Positions 14,333 through 22,136 of a DNA stretch of 64,000 nucleotides are shown one piece after another. Source of the DNA: an uncultured Solirubrobacterales bacterium (GTDB lineage: Bacteria > Actinomycetota > Thermoleophilia > Solirubrobacterales > 70-9). The notes below the pieces were generated by a model that was not told where the DNA came from, made no database searches, and saw only the letters and a list, made by a program, of their open reading frames with translations. Where the stretch lies: the NCBI GenBank assembly GCA_963753585.1, contig CAVWCU010000001.1:72959-136958 (forward strand), read 5' to 3'. Numbering within the stretch: position 1 is the first letter of the stretch; every line of letters starts with the position of its first letter. The position numbers and the translations under genes were made by a program.

Positions 14333-15445
14333 ATGTCAGCGCTTCCTGGGGATGAGCTTCATGAGTTGTCCGAACGCCAAGATCCCCGTCTACTGAGAGC
14401 TCTCGACGTGGTCGCGCCGGGCGGTGCCCTGCGCGAGGGGCTCGACAACATCGTCCACTCCCGCACCGGCGGCCTGATCGTCGTCGGCGACCCGGGCGAC
14501 ATCTCCCACCTGCTCTCCGGAGGGATCAAGCTCGACATCGACTACACGCCGGCGATGCTGTACCAGGTGGCGAAGATGGACGGCGCCATCGTGCTCAACG
14601 CCGAGGCGACGAAGATCGTCTGGGCCAACGTCCAGCTGATGCCCGACCCGACGATCCTCTCGGCCGAGACCGGCACCCGCCACCGCACGGCCGAGCGCGT
14701 CTCCAAACAGACCGAGGCGCTGGTCATCGCCATCTCCCAGCGCCGCGACGTCGTCTCCCTCTACGTCGAGGGGACGAAGTACATCCTGCAGGACATCCCC
14801 GCGGTGTTGGCCAAGGCGAACCAGGGCCTGGCGACCCTCGACAAGTACCGCGCCCGGCTCGACCAGGTCTCCAATCGGCTCACCGTGCTCGAGTTCGAGG
14901 GTGGCGGGGTGCTCTACGACGCGCTCGCCGTCCTCCAACGCGCCGAGCTGGTGACCCGGATGGCGGTCGAGGTCGAGCGCTACATCGTCGAGCTCGGCAC
15001 CGAGGGCCGCCTGATCGAGATGCAGCTGGAGGAGACGATGGTTGGCGTCGCTGCCGACAAGTCGTCCCTGATCCGCGACTACAGCGTCGAAGACTCCGAG
15101 GAGAACCTGGCGACGGTGCTGCAATCGCTGGCGCGGTTGCCGCACCAGGACGTGCTCGACTTCGGCCGCCTCGCCGAGCTGCTCGGCTACGACCGCAAGC
15201 TGAACACCCTCGACTTCCCGGTCGCCCCACGGGGCTACCGCGTGCTCGGCCGCGTGCCGCGCATCCCCAAGCTTGTCGTCCAGAAGATCATCCACGAGCT
15301 GGGTGGGCTGGAGGAGGTCCTGGCTGCCTCCGACGCCGACCTGGAGGCCGTCGAGGACGTTGGTCCGACTAGGGCAAAGGACATCCGCGAGGGTCTGCGC
15401 AGGCTTCAGGAGGTCGACATGGTTGACCGGTATCTACAGAGCTAG
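14333..15445 (+). CDS. disA: DNA integrity scanning protein DisA (diadenylate cyclase)
   Basis: 370 aa. DAC domain motifs (GGLIVVGD, DGAIVL, GTRHRTAERVS), linker, and a C-terminal HhH domain. No radA is adjacent. Confidence 0.93.
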   Translation: MSALPGDELHELSERQDPRLLRALDVVAPGGALREGLDNIVHSRTGGLIVVGDPGDISHLLSGGIKLDIDYTPAMLYQVAKMDGAIVLNAEATKIVWANVQLMPDPTILSAETGTRHRTAERVSKQTEALVIAISQRRDVVSLYVEGTKYILQDIPAVLAKANQGLATLDKYRARLDQVSNRLTVLEFEGGGVLYDALAVLQRAELVTRMAVEVERYIVELGTEGRLIEMQLEETMVGVAADKSSLIRDYSVEDSEENLATVLQSLARLPHQDVLDFGRLAELLGYDRKLNTLDFPVAPRGYRVLGRVPRIPKLVVQKIIHELGGLEEVLAASDADLEAVEDVGPTRAKDIREGLRRLQEVDMVDRYLQS

Positions 15446-15607
15446 ATGGCTGACTCAAATTTGACGCACCCACGGATGACACGCCCGGCACGGCGCTGGA
15501 CACCACCCACGGCCTCGCGCGTAGCGTTGCTACGCGCAGCGGCCGCGTGCGGCACCCAGCTTGGCCTGGCGCGTCCCCGCAGGCACGTCAAATTTGAGTC
15601 AGCCATC
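15445..15607 (+). repeat. Long-hairpin intergenic element, family A/F, copy F
   Basis: Perfect 22-nt terminal arms GATGGCTGACTCAAATTTGACG and CGTCAAATTTGAGTCAGCCATC flank 119 nt. The interior has an apical hairpin GCGCGTAGC-GTT-GCTACGCGC and the backbone motif GCTTGGCCTGGCGCG shared with A1/A2. It starts at the last base of the disA stop codon. Confidence 0.85.
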
Positions 15608-15672
15608 AGACGGCGAATCGACGCCGTCGAGAAAGAAAGGAGCACCCGATTTCTGAGCTAGCTGAGGAGGCC

Positions 15673-16215
15673 ATGGAGGTGGGCTTCGAGTCGGACGTCC
15701 CTTACGTCTGCGACTTCGAAGAGGGGGACAAGGTCGTCTATCCCCACCACGGCGCTGGCCTGGTACTGAAGAAAGAGTCTCGTGAGCTGATGGGGGAGGA
15801 GCGGGACTACCTGACGATCAAGATCCTCCACAACGAACTCACGGTGATGGTCCCCTGCGAGAACGCCGGTGTTGCCGGCCTTCGGCGGGTCATCGACGAG
15901 GTGGAAATCAAGAAGGTCACGGACGTCCTCACCGATGAGGTGTCTGACATGCCGAAGAACTGGAACCGGCGCTTCAAGTACAACCGCGAGAAGATCAAGA
16001 CCGGCGACGTGTTCGAGTTGGCCGAGGTCGTCCGCAACCTCGCGATCCGCGAGATGGAAAAGGGCCTCTCCACCGGCGAGAAGCAGATGTACACGCGGGC
16101 GAAGAAGATCCTCGCCTCGGAGTTCATGTACGCGCTCGACAAGGACGAGGAGGGCGCGGAGGAGTACCTCGACGGCCTGCTGGAGGAGCGCTTCGCCGCC
16201 ACGGCGACCGCGTAG
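15673..16215 (+). CDS. carD: CarD/CdnL family RNA polymerase-binding transcription regulator
   Basis: 180 aa. Tudor-like N-domain VVYPHHGAG...YLTIKI and a helical C-domain. GAGGAGG RBS upstream. carD-ispD synteny as in actinobacteria. Confidence 0.93.
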   Translation: MEVGFESDVPYVCDFEEGDKVVYPHHGAGLVLKKESRELMGEERDYLTIKILHNELTVMVPCENAGVAGLRRVIDEVEIKKVTDVLTDEVSDMPKNWNRRFKYNREKIKTGDVFELAEVVRNLAIREMEKGLSTGEKQMYTRAKKILASEFMYALDKDEEGAEEYLDGLLEERFAATATA

Positions 16216-16225
16216 CGCAGGTAGC

Positions 16226-16933
16226 GTCACCGCGGTCCTCGCGGCCGCCGGCTCCGGGCGCAGGCTCGGAGCCGGCGGCCCGAAGGCCTTCGTGCCGCTG
16301 GCCGGGAGGCCGATGGTCGAGTGGTCGATCGCGGCTTGCCGCGAGGCCGTCTCGGTGCGCTCGATCGTGGTCGCCTGCCCACCCGGGCATGTGCACGACC
16401 TGTCGGGGGGCGACGTGGGTGTGGTCGACGGCGGCGCGACGCGCGCCGAATCGGTCTCGAACGCCCTCGCCGTGGTCGGCACCGAGCTTGTCGCGATCCA
16501 CGACGCCGCGAGGCCGCTGGTCACGCCCCGGCTGATCGAGGACGTGGTCGCGACCCTCCTCGACGACCCCGAAGCCGCTGGCGCAATCGCCGCGACCCCG
16601 GTCGCCGACACGGTCAAGCAGGCCGATCCCGTGACGAAACGCCGATTTCCCACCCCTGACATGGAAAATCGGCGTTTGGTCGTCGAATCGACCCTGGATC
16701 GCGAGCGGTTGTGGGCGGCGCAGACGCCCCAGGTCTTCAGGGTCGAGGCGCTGCGGGCGGCGCTTGTCGGCGATCCTGAGCAGGTCGCGGCCGCGACCGA
16801 CGAGGCGATGCTGGTCGAGGCGGCCGGAGGAGAGGTTCTGATCCATCCGTCGTCGCCCGAGAACCTCAAGGTGACGACGCCGCTCGACCTGCGGCTGGCG
16901 GAGCAGCTCCTAGCGGAGCGCTCAGCTCAGTAG
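16226..16933 (+). CDS. ispD: 2-C-methyl-D-erythritol 4-phosphate cytidylyltransferase (start codon unresolved)
   Basis: Conserved N-terminus VTAVLAAAGSGRRLG...PKAFVPL, then HDAARP, DTVK and LWAAQTPQ. No ATG/GTG/TTG/CTG lies in frame between the carD stop (16213-16215) and the conserved motif. The given start is the first conserved residue, not a proven initiation codon. Confidence 0.8.
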   Translation, partial: VTAVLAAAGSGRRLGAGGPKAFVPLAGRPMVEWSIAACREAVSVRSIVVACPPGHVHDLSGGDVGVVDGGATRAESVSNALAVVGTELVAIHDAARPLVTPRLIEDVVATLLDDPEAAGAIAATPVADTVKQADPVTKRRFPTPDMENRRLVVESTLDRERLWAAQTPQVFRVEALRAALVGDPEQVAAATDEAMLVEAAGGEVLIHPSSPENLKVTTPLDLRLAEQLLAERSAQ

Positions 16934-17083
16934 GACCCAGACGAGCGCGGCGGCGAAGCAGAGTTGCCCGACCGCCAGGGCGACGCCGAGGCTGGCGGCG
17001 CCGAGCGCCCCGGCGATCGCCGCCCCGCCGAAAAAAGCGCCGGCGAGGATGCCGAGCTGGCCCGCGGCGCGACGCTCAGGCAC
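16922..17083 (-). CDS. Possible small two-TM hydrophobic protein (53 aa)
   Basis: Hand-translated minus-strand ORF VPERRAAGQLGILAGAFFGGAAIAGALGAASLGVALAVGQLCFAAALVWVLLS. GTG start overlaps the DUF389 stop and its end overlaps the ispD 3' end. Gly-zipper-like, with no independent support. Confidence 0.3.
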   Translation of the reverse strand: MPERRAAGQLGILAGAFFGGAAIAGALGAASLGVALAVGQLCFAAALVWVLLS

Positions 17084-18026
17084 GTCCGACCTCTGCAATG
17101 TGGCGCCGCCTGCGCCGCTCGAAGAGCGCTCTCTGTACGGACAGTGTGGTGACGCCGGCGAGGACGATCGCGGTCAGGTTGACGCTGAGCTGCAGCATCG
17201 CGCCCCGCCAGTCCCCCCAGTTGCCGAGCGCCGCCGCCACGCCGATGTTCGCCGCGGCGGGAATTGTCGTCACCGAGATCAGCACCCCGACCAGTGCGCC
17301 CGACTTGGCGGAGGTGAGCGAGAGCATGCCGGCGGCGCCGGCGAAGGCGGCGACGATGAAGGAGAAGGTGTCTGGCTCGGCGATGAACTGGGTCAGCGGG
17401 TTGTCGATGCTCTTGAAGCCGGAGTCGACCAAGCCGACGGAGACGCAGAAGAGCGTGAAGAGGAAGGCGGCGGTGATGCCAACCGGGAAGCCGACAGCGA
17501 GCGCGGCCAGCGAGCGCACGGCGACGCCGCGACGTCGCTCGACCGCCGCCACGCAGAGCCCGGCCAGGGGCCCGAACTCGGGCCCGACGACCATCGCGCC
17601 GATGATCAGGATCGGCGAGCCGGTGAAGATGCCGACCGAGGCGATCAGGCAGGCAAGGACCATGAAGAAGAGGAAGTTGCCGCCGAGCTCGGTGGTCTCC
17701 GAGGTGCGAGCCTCGACCTCCTCCCAGACGACGGCGTCCGAGGGCATCCCGCGGGCCGCCTTCTCGGCTCGGTCGGCGGCGTCGGAGAGCTGGGAGTCGA
17801 TCTGCTCGAGCGCGATCGAGCCGTCGCGCGCCACGCCCAGCTCCTTCAGGTCCTCGATCAGGACACTTGCTTCCTCGCGGGCGATGTCACAGAGGACCAC
17901 GTCGCCGCGGGGCTGGCGGGCGGCGCCGGGCAGAAAGACCAGGTTGGAGGTCGACGGCGCCGCTTCGAGCAGGTCGAGGACCTTCTGGCAGCGGTCTTCG
18001 GGGACGACGATCCGCAGGTGGACCAT
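17076..18026 (-). CDS. DUF389 (TIGR00341-like) integral membrane protein
   Basis: Start set to ATG 18026 (MVHLRIVVPED...), 316 aa. The soluble N-domain is followed by a multi-TM domain, the pattern typical of DUF389. The longer ORF upstream of 18026 is antisense to the PHP phosphatase gene. Confidence 0.75.
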   Translation of the reverse strand: MVHLRIVVPEDRCQKVLDLLEAAPSTSNLVFLPGAARQPRGDVVLCDIAREEASVLIEDLKELGVARDGSIALEQIDSQLSDAADRAEKAARGMPSDAVVWEEVEARTSETTELGGNFLFFMVLACLIASVGIFTGSPILIIGAMVVGPEFGPLAGLCVAAVERRRGVAVRSLAALAVGFPVGITAAFLFTLFCVSVGLVDSGFKSIDNPLTQFIAEPDTFSFIVAAFAGAAGMLSLTSAKSGALVGVLISVTTIPAAANIGVAAALGNWGDWRGAMLQLSVNLTAIVLAGVTTLSVQRALFERRRRRHIAEVGRA

Positions 18027-18071
18027 GGCGTCAGCGTATCCGCGCCCCGGGTCGCCTACTCTGCGCGTCCG

Positions 18072-18914
18072 ATGCTGACCGACTACCACCTGCACCTGCG
18101 CCCGGATGAGCCGGATACGCCGCCCAAGCGCTTCTTCACCGCCGAGAACGTCGATCGTTACCTGGCGGCTGCCCGTGAGGCCGGGATCGAGGAGCTCGGC
18201 GTCTCCGAGCACGTCTACCGCTTCACCCAGGCGCTCGACGTCTGGCGCCACCCGTTCTGGAAAGAACAGGCGCGCGACGACCTCGATGCCTACTGCGAGT
18301 TCGTCCGCGAGACGCCGCTGCGGCTCGGGATCGAGTGCGACTTCGTCCCCGGTGCCGAGGACCGCACCGCGACGATGCTGGAGGCACGCGACTTCGACTA
18401 CGTGGTCGGCTCGGTCCACTTCGTCGGCGAGGCCGCGGTCGACCACGAGGGCTGGGACGTCTGGGATCGCAAGGGGGACGCAGACGAGGTCTGGCGCCGC
18501 TACTTCGATGCCCTTGCGGAGTGCGCCCGCTCCGGCCTCTTCGACATCCTCGCCCACCCCGACCTGGTCAAGGTCTGGGGCGCCGGCCGGCCGATGCCCG
18601 AGCGCGACCCGCGTCGCTACTACGAGCCGGCGGTCGAGGCGATCGCAGAGAGCGGGATCGCGGTCGAGGTCTCCACGGCGGGGTTGCGCAAGCCGGTCGG
18701 GGAGATCTACCCCGCGCGCGCGTTTGCCGAGATGTGCGTCGAAGCGGGGGCGGTGTTCGCGCTTTCCTCCGACGCCCATCTGCCCGAGCACGTCGGCTAT
18801 CACTACGGGGAGGCGCTCGACTTCCTCGGTGACCTCGGCGTAGGGGAGATCTGCGTCTTCGAGGGACGGGAGCGCCGATTGGCGCCACTGGGCGCAGAGG
18901 TGCGAGAGGATTGA
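18072..18914 (+). CDS. PHP-family histidinol-phosphatase-like protein
   Basis: Start set to ATG 18072 (MLTDYHLHLRPD...). Metal-ligand motifs HLH, SEH, GSVH, AHPD and SSDAH of the HisJ/HisK PHP family. Confidence 0.8.
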   Translation: MLTDYHLHLRPDEPDTPPKRFFTAENVDRYLAAAREAGIEELGVSEHVYRFTQALDVWRHPFWKEQARDDLDAYCEFVRETPLRLGIECDFVPGAEDRTATMLEARDFDYVVGSVHFVGEAAVDHEGWDVWDRKGDADEVWRRYFDALAECARSGLFDILAHPDLVKVWGAGRPMPERDPRRYYEPAVEAIAESGIAVEVSTAGLRKPVGEIYPARAFAEMCVEAGAVFALSSDAHLPEHVGYHYGEALDFLGDLGVGEICVFEGRERRLAPLGAEVRED

Positions 18915-18918
18915 GACG

Positions 18919-19374
18919 ATGAGCGTCGGGATCGGTTACGACAGCCACCGCTTCGCCGAGGAACGTCGCCTGGTCCTCGGCGGGGTCGAGATCGAGCACG
19001 CGCGGGGGCTTGCCGGCCACTCCGACGCCGACGTGCTCACCCACGCGGTGATCGACGCCCTGCTCGGCGCCGCCGGCATGGGGGATATCGGCACGCTCTT
19101 TCCCGACGACGAGGATCGCTGGCGCGACGCTGACTCGATCGACCTGCTGCGCACGGTGGTCGGCACCGTCTCCGGCCGGATCGTCAACGTCGACGCGACC
19201 CTCGTCTGCGAGGAGCCGCGCATCGGCCCCTTCCGTGCGGAGATGGAGCGGATCCTGGCCGAGGCGACCTCGTCCCGGGTCAGCGTCAAGGCCACCACCA
19301 ACGAGGGCATGGGTTGGATCGGGCGCGGTGAGGGCATCGCCTGCATCGCGGTGGCCTGCGTCGATAGCGAATAA
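18919..19374 (+). CDS. ispF: 2-C-methyl-D-erythritol 2,4-cyclodiphosphate synthase
   Basis: 151 aa. Motifs IGYDSHRF, GHSDADVLTHA and ATTNEGMG. Confidence 0.95.
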   Translation: MSVGIGYDSHRFAEERRLVLGGVEIEHARGLAGHSDADVLTHAVIDALLGAAGMGDIGTLFPDDEDRWRDADSIDLLRTVVGTVSGRIVNVDATLVCEEPRIGPFRAEMERILAEATSSRVSVKATTNEGMGWIGRGEGIACIAVACVDSE

Positions 19375-19387
19375 CCTTCTCGCTCCG

Positions 19388-21040
19388 ATGGGGAAACTCG
19401 GCTCCATAGCTGCCGGCGTGCGCCAGTCCGTCTCCGACACCGTCTTCGAGGCGCGGGTGCTGCGCGAGGCCGGGATCCTAGGCCTCTCGCGGCCCGACAA
19501 GGCCGCCAAGGTCGCGGCCACATTCCTGCGCTGGGGGGCCTCGCCGGCGACCGGCGTCGCCACCGCGGCGCACAAATACCCGCACGAGACGATGTTGATC
19601 GACGAACGGGGCTCGCTCAGCTTCGAGCGGGTGCACCGCCGCACCAACGCGCTCGCCCACGCCTTCGCCGGCATGGGGATCGGGCCGGGAGACGGCATCG
19701 GGATCATGTGCCGCAACCACCGCGGCTTCGTCGAGGCGACCCTCGCTGCGGCCAAGCTCGGGGCCAGCGCGCTCTACCTGAACACGATGTTCGCCGGGCC
19801 GCAGCTGGTCGAGGTGATGCGGCGCGAGGGGCCGAAGGCGCTGGTCTATGACGAAGAGTTCACCGGCCTGCTCGACGGCGTCGACGCCGGCATCGCGCGC
19901 ATCGTCGCCTGGACCGACGGGGAGCCGGAGGAGCAGACGCTGGAGGCGCTGATCGCCGCCAACGGCGAGTCCAACCACAAGCCTCCGCCCGACAAACCTC
20001 GTTTCGTCATCCTCACCTCCGGCACCACCGGGGCCCCCAAGGGCGCGCAGCGCTCCAGCCCCGACGGGCTGCTGGTAATGGCGGCGCTGATCGAGAAGAT
20101 TCCCTACCGCGCTCGCGAGACGATGATGGTCGCGGCGCCGCTCTTCCATTCCTGGGGCTTCTTCCACTTCGTGATGAGCCTGCCGACGGCCTCGACGATG
20201 ATCCTGCGGCGCCGCTTCGACGAGGAGGAGACCCTGCGTGCCGTGCAGGAGCACCGCGCCGAGGTCCTTGCCGTGGTTCCGGTGATGCTGCAGCGCATCC
20301 TCCGCCTCCCGCCCGAGACGCTCGATGCCTACGATCTCTCCTCGCTGCGGATCACCGCTGCGTCGGGATCTGCGCTACCCGGTGAGATGGCGATCGAGTG
20401 GATGGACCGTTTCGGCGACACCGTCTACAACCTCTACGGCTCGACCGAGGTCGCCTACGCGACGGTCGCCACCCCGGAGGACCTTCGGGCGGCGCCGGGC
20501 ACGGCGGGGCGAGCGCCGCGCGGCACGGTGGTCAAGCTCTACAACGAGGCGGGGCTGGAGGTCCCGACCGGCGAGGTCGGGCGGATTTTCGTCGGCAACG
20601 AAATGTCCTTCGAGGGCTACACAGGCGGTGGCGGCAAAGAGGCCATCGACGGGCTGCTCTGCAGCGGCGACGTCGGCCATCTCGACTCCGACGGCCACCT
20701 CTTCATCGACGGCCGCGACGACGAGATGATCGTCTCCGGCGGGGAGAACGTGTTCCCGCGCGAGGTCGAGGACCTGCTCGCCGACCACGGTGCGGTGGTC
20801 GAGGTCGCGGTGATCGGGGTCGAGGACGAGGAGTTCGGCCAGCGGCTGAAGGCGTTCGTCGTCAGGGCCCCCGAGGTCGACGTCACCGAGGAGGAGCTGC
20901 AGGCGCACGTCAAGGCCAACCTCGCCGGCTACAAGTCGCCGCGCGAGGTCGAGTTCATGGACGAGCTGCCGCGAAACGCGACCGGGAAGATCCTCAAGAG
21001 GGTGTTGCGGGAGAGGGCGGACAAGAGCCCGTCTCGGTAG
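19388..21040 (+). CDS. AMP-dependent acyl-CoA synthetase/ligase
   Basis: Start set to ATG 19388. AMP-binding signature ILTSGTTGAPKGA, YGSTE, and a C-terminal GKILKR. Confidence 0.85.
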   Translation: MGKLGSIAAGVRQSVSDTVFEARVLREAGILGLSRPDKAAKVAATFLRWGASPATGVATAAHKYPHETMLIDERGSLSFERVHRRTNALAHAFAGMGIGPGDGIGIMCRNHRGFVEATLAAAKLGASALYLNTMFAGPQLVEVMRREGPKALVYDEEFTGLLDGVDAGIARIVAWTDGEPEEQTLEALIAANGESNHKPPPDKPRFVILTSGTTGAPKGAQRSSPDGLLVMAALIEKIPYRARETMMVAAPLFHSWGFFHFVMSLPTASTMILRRRFDEEETLRAVQEHRAEVLAVVPVMLQRILRLPPETLDAYDLSSLRITAASGSALPGEMAIEWMDRFGDTVYNLYGSTEVAYATVATPEDLRAAPGTAGRAPRGTVVKLYNEAGLEVPTGEVGRIFVGNEMSFEGYTGGGGKEAIDGLLCSGDVGHLDSDGHLFIDGRDDEMIVSGGENVFPREVEDLLADHGAVVEVAVIGVEDEEFGQRLKAFVVRAPEVDVTEEELQAHVKANLAGYKSPREVEFMDELPRNATGKILKRVLRERADKSPSR

Positions 21041-21057
21041 GTCGCGTTTGGGTCGAA

Positions 21058-21129
21058 GGGGCGTCGGGGGTGGGTCCCCCGGGCCGGCCTTCGGCCGGGA
21101 GTTCCCGGGGGACCCACCCCCGACGCCCC
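21058..21129. repeat. GC-rich hairpin H (26-nt perfect arms) after the acyl-CoA synthetase gene
   Basis: GGGGCGTCGGGGGTGGGTCCCCCGGG (21058-21083) is the exact reverse complement of 21104-21129. The 20-nt loop holds the mini-hairpin CCGGCC-TTC-GGCCGG. No T-tract follows. Confidence 0.85.
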
Positions 21130-21243
21130 AGCTGCTCCCGATCGCTGGCTGGGACGGGCTCTTGCGCGATCCTCCCTATTTGCAGCTTTGTGGGGACGGA
21201 AGGGTGGAAGGGGCTCCGATGGCGGTAGTAGGTTGGAGCGCCG

Positions 21244-22113
21244 ATGGGCGAACCTGCGAGGCACTTGAAAGCGGTCGGGGCGGCGAACGAGGAGCTGCGC
21301 GAGACGGCTAGTCAGGCTCTCGAGTGGGTCCGGGTGAGCGAGGAGCGGGTCGCCAAGGCCGAAGCGCGCAACGAGGAGATCCGCGCCGAGCTGAAGGAAC
21401 GGGCAATGGCGACCCTGCGCAAGCTCGGCGAGGAGGGCCGCGAGCGCATTGCAACCGAGCGCGACCGCAGGCGTGAGGCCGAGGCCCGGGCGGCTCGGGC
21501 AGAGGCGGCCCGCAACCGTGCCGAGAAGGGATTCGAGCAGGCGCAGAAGCGCGCGCAAGGCGAACGGGAAGCGCTTGCAGTGGAGCTGACATCCCTTCGC
21601 GCCGGGGCAGAGGAGTCGCTGGCCGCTGAGATCGAGAAGGCAGAACGTGAGGCGGAGAAGCGCTACGAAGAGGCGTTCGACCGGGCCAAGCTCGATGCGG
21701 ATCAGCGCGTGGCGGCGGCCGAGCAGCGCGCCGCCGAAGCCGAGGCCGCCGCGAGCGAGGCGCACGAGCTCGCCCTGCGCCTCGAGGCCGAGATCGAGGA
21801 GCGCGTGATGCAGGGCACCGAGGACGTGCGGCGCGAAGCCGAGGAGCGCGTGCGATCGCTGGTCGAGAAAGTCGAAGGCGAGGCGGCCGAGCAGGCACGA
21901 GCACGGGCCGAGGGGGCGCTGAAGGCCGAGTCCGAGCGGATCAGGGTGCAGGCCGAGCAGCGCGAGGAGCGGGTCCGCGAGGCCGCCGAGGAGGAGATCA
22001 AGGCGACCGCTTCGCGGGCACGCCGCGAGGCTCTCGCCGCCGCCGATGCAACGGCCCCCTCCTGGGCCCGGCGAGAGTCCGCCGGCACGGGCTCCGGATA
22101 CCGAACCTTCTAG
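21244..22113 (+). CDS. Ala/Glu/Arg-rich coiled-coil protein, function unknown
   Basis: 289 aa of almost continuous heptad-like AEAR/EERV repeats. No TM segment or enzymatic motif. Coding is supported only by ORF length and position. Confidence 0.5.
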   Translation: MGEPARHLKAVGAANEELRETASQALEWVRVSEERVAKAEARNEEIRAELKERAMATLRKLGEEGRERIATERDRRREAEARAARAEAARNRAEKGFEQAQKRAQGEREALAVELTSLRAGAEESLAAEIEKAEREAEKRYEEAFDRAKLDADQRVAAAEQRAAEAEAAASEAHELALRLEAEIEERVMQGTEDVRREAEERVRSLVEKVEGEAAEQARARAEGALKAESERIRVQAEQREERVREAAEEEIKATASRARREALAAADATAPSWARRESAGTGSGYRTF

Positions 22114-22136
22114 ACCCGTTTAGCATTCCGCACCCC

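Noticed and set aside
15442-15661. Two mirror-image ORFs (71 and 67 aa) both starting MADSNLT inside element F
   Set aside because: Both arise because the palindromic arms happen to contain ATGGCTGAC on each strand. The interior is Arg/Ala-rich non-coding-looking sequence.
17049-18071. N-terminal 341 aa of the 621-aa plus-strand ORF ending at 18914
   Set aside because: This part is antisense to the DUF389 membrane gene and is Arg/Gly/Asp-rich. PHP-phosphatase homology begins only at ATG 18072.
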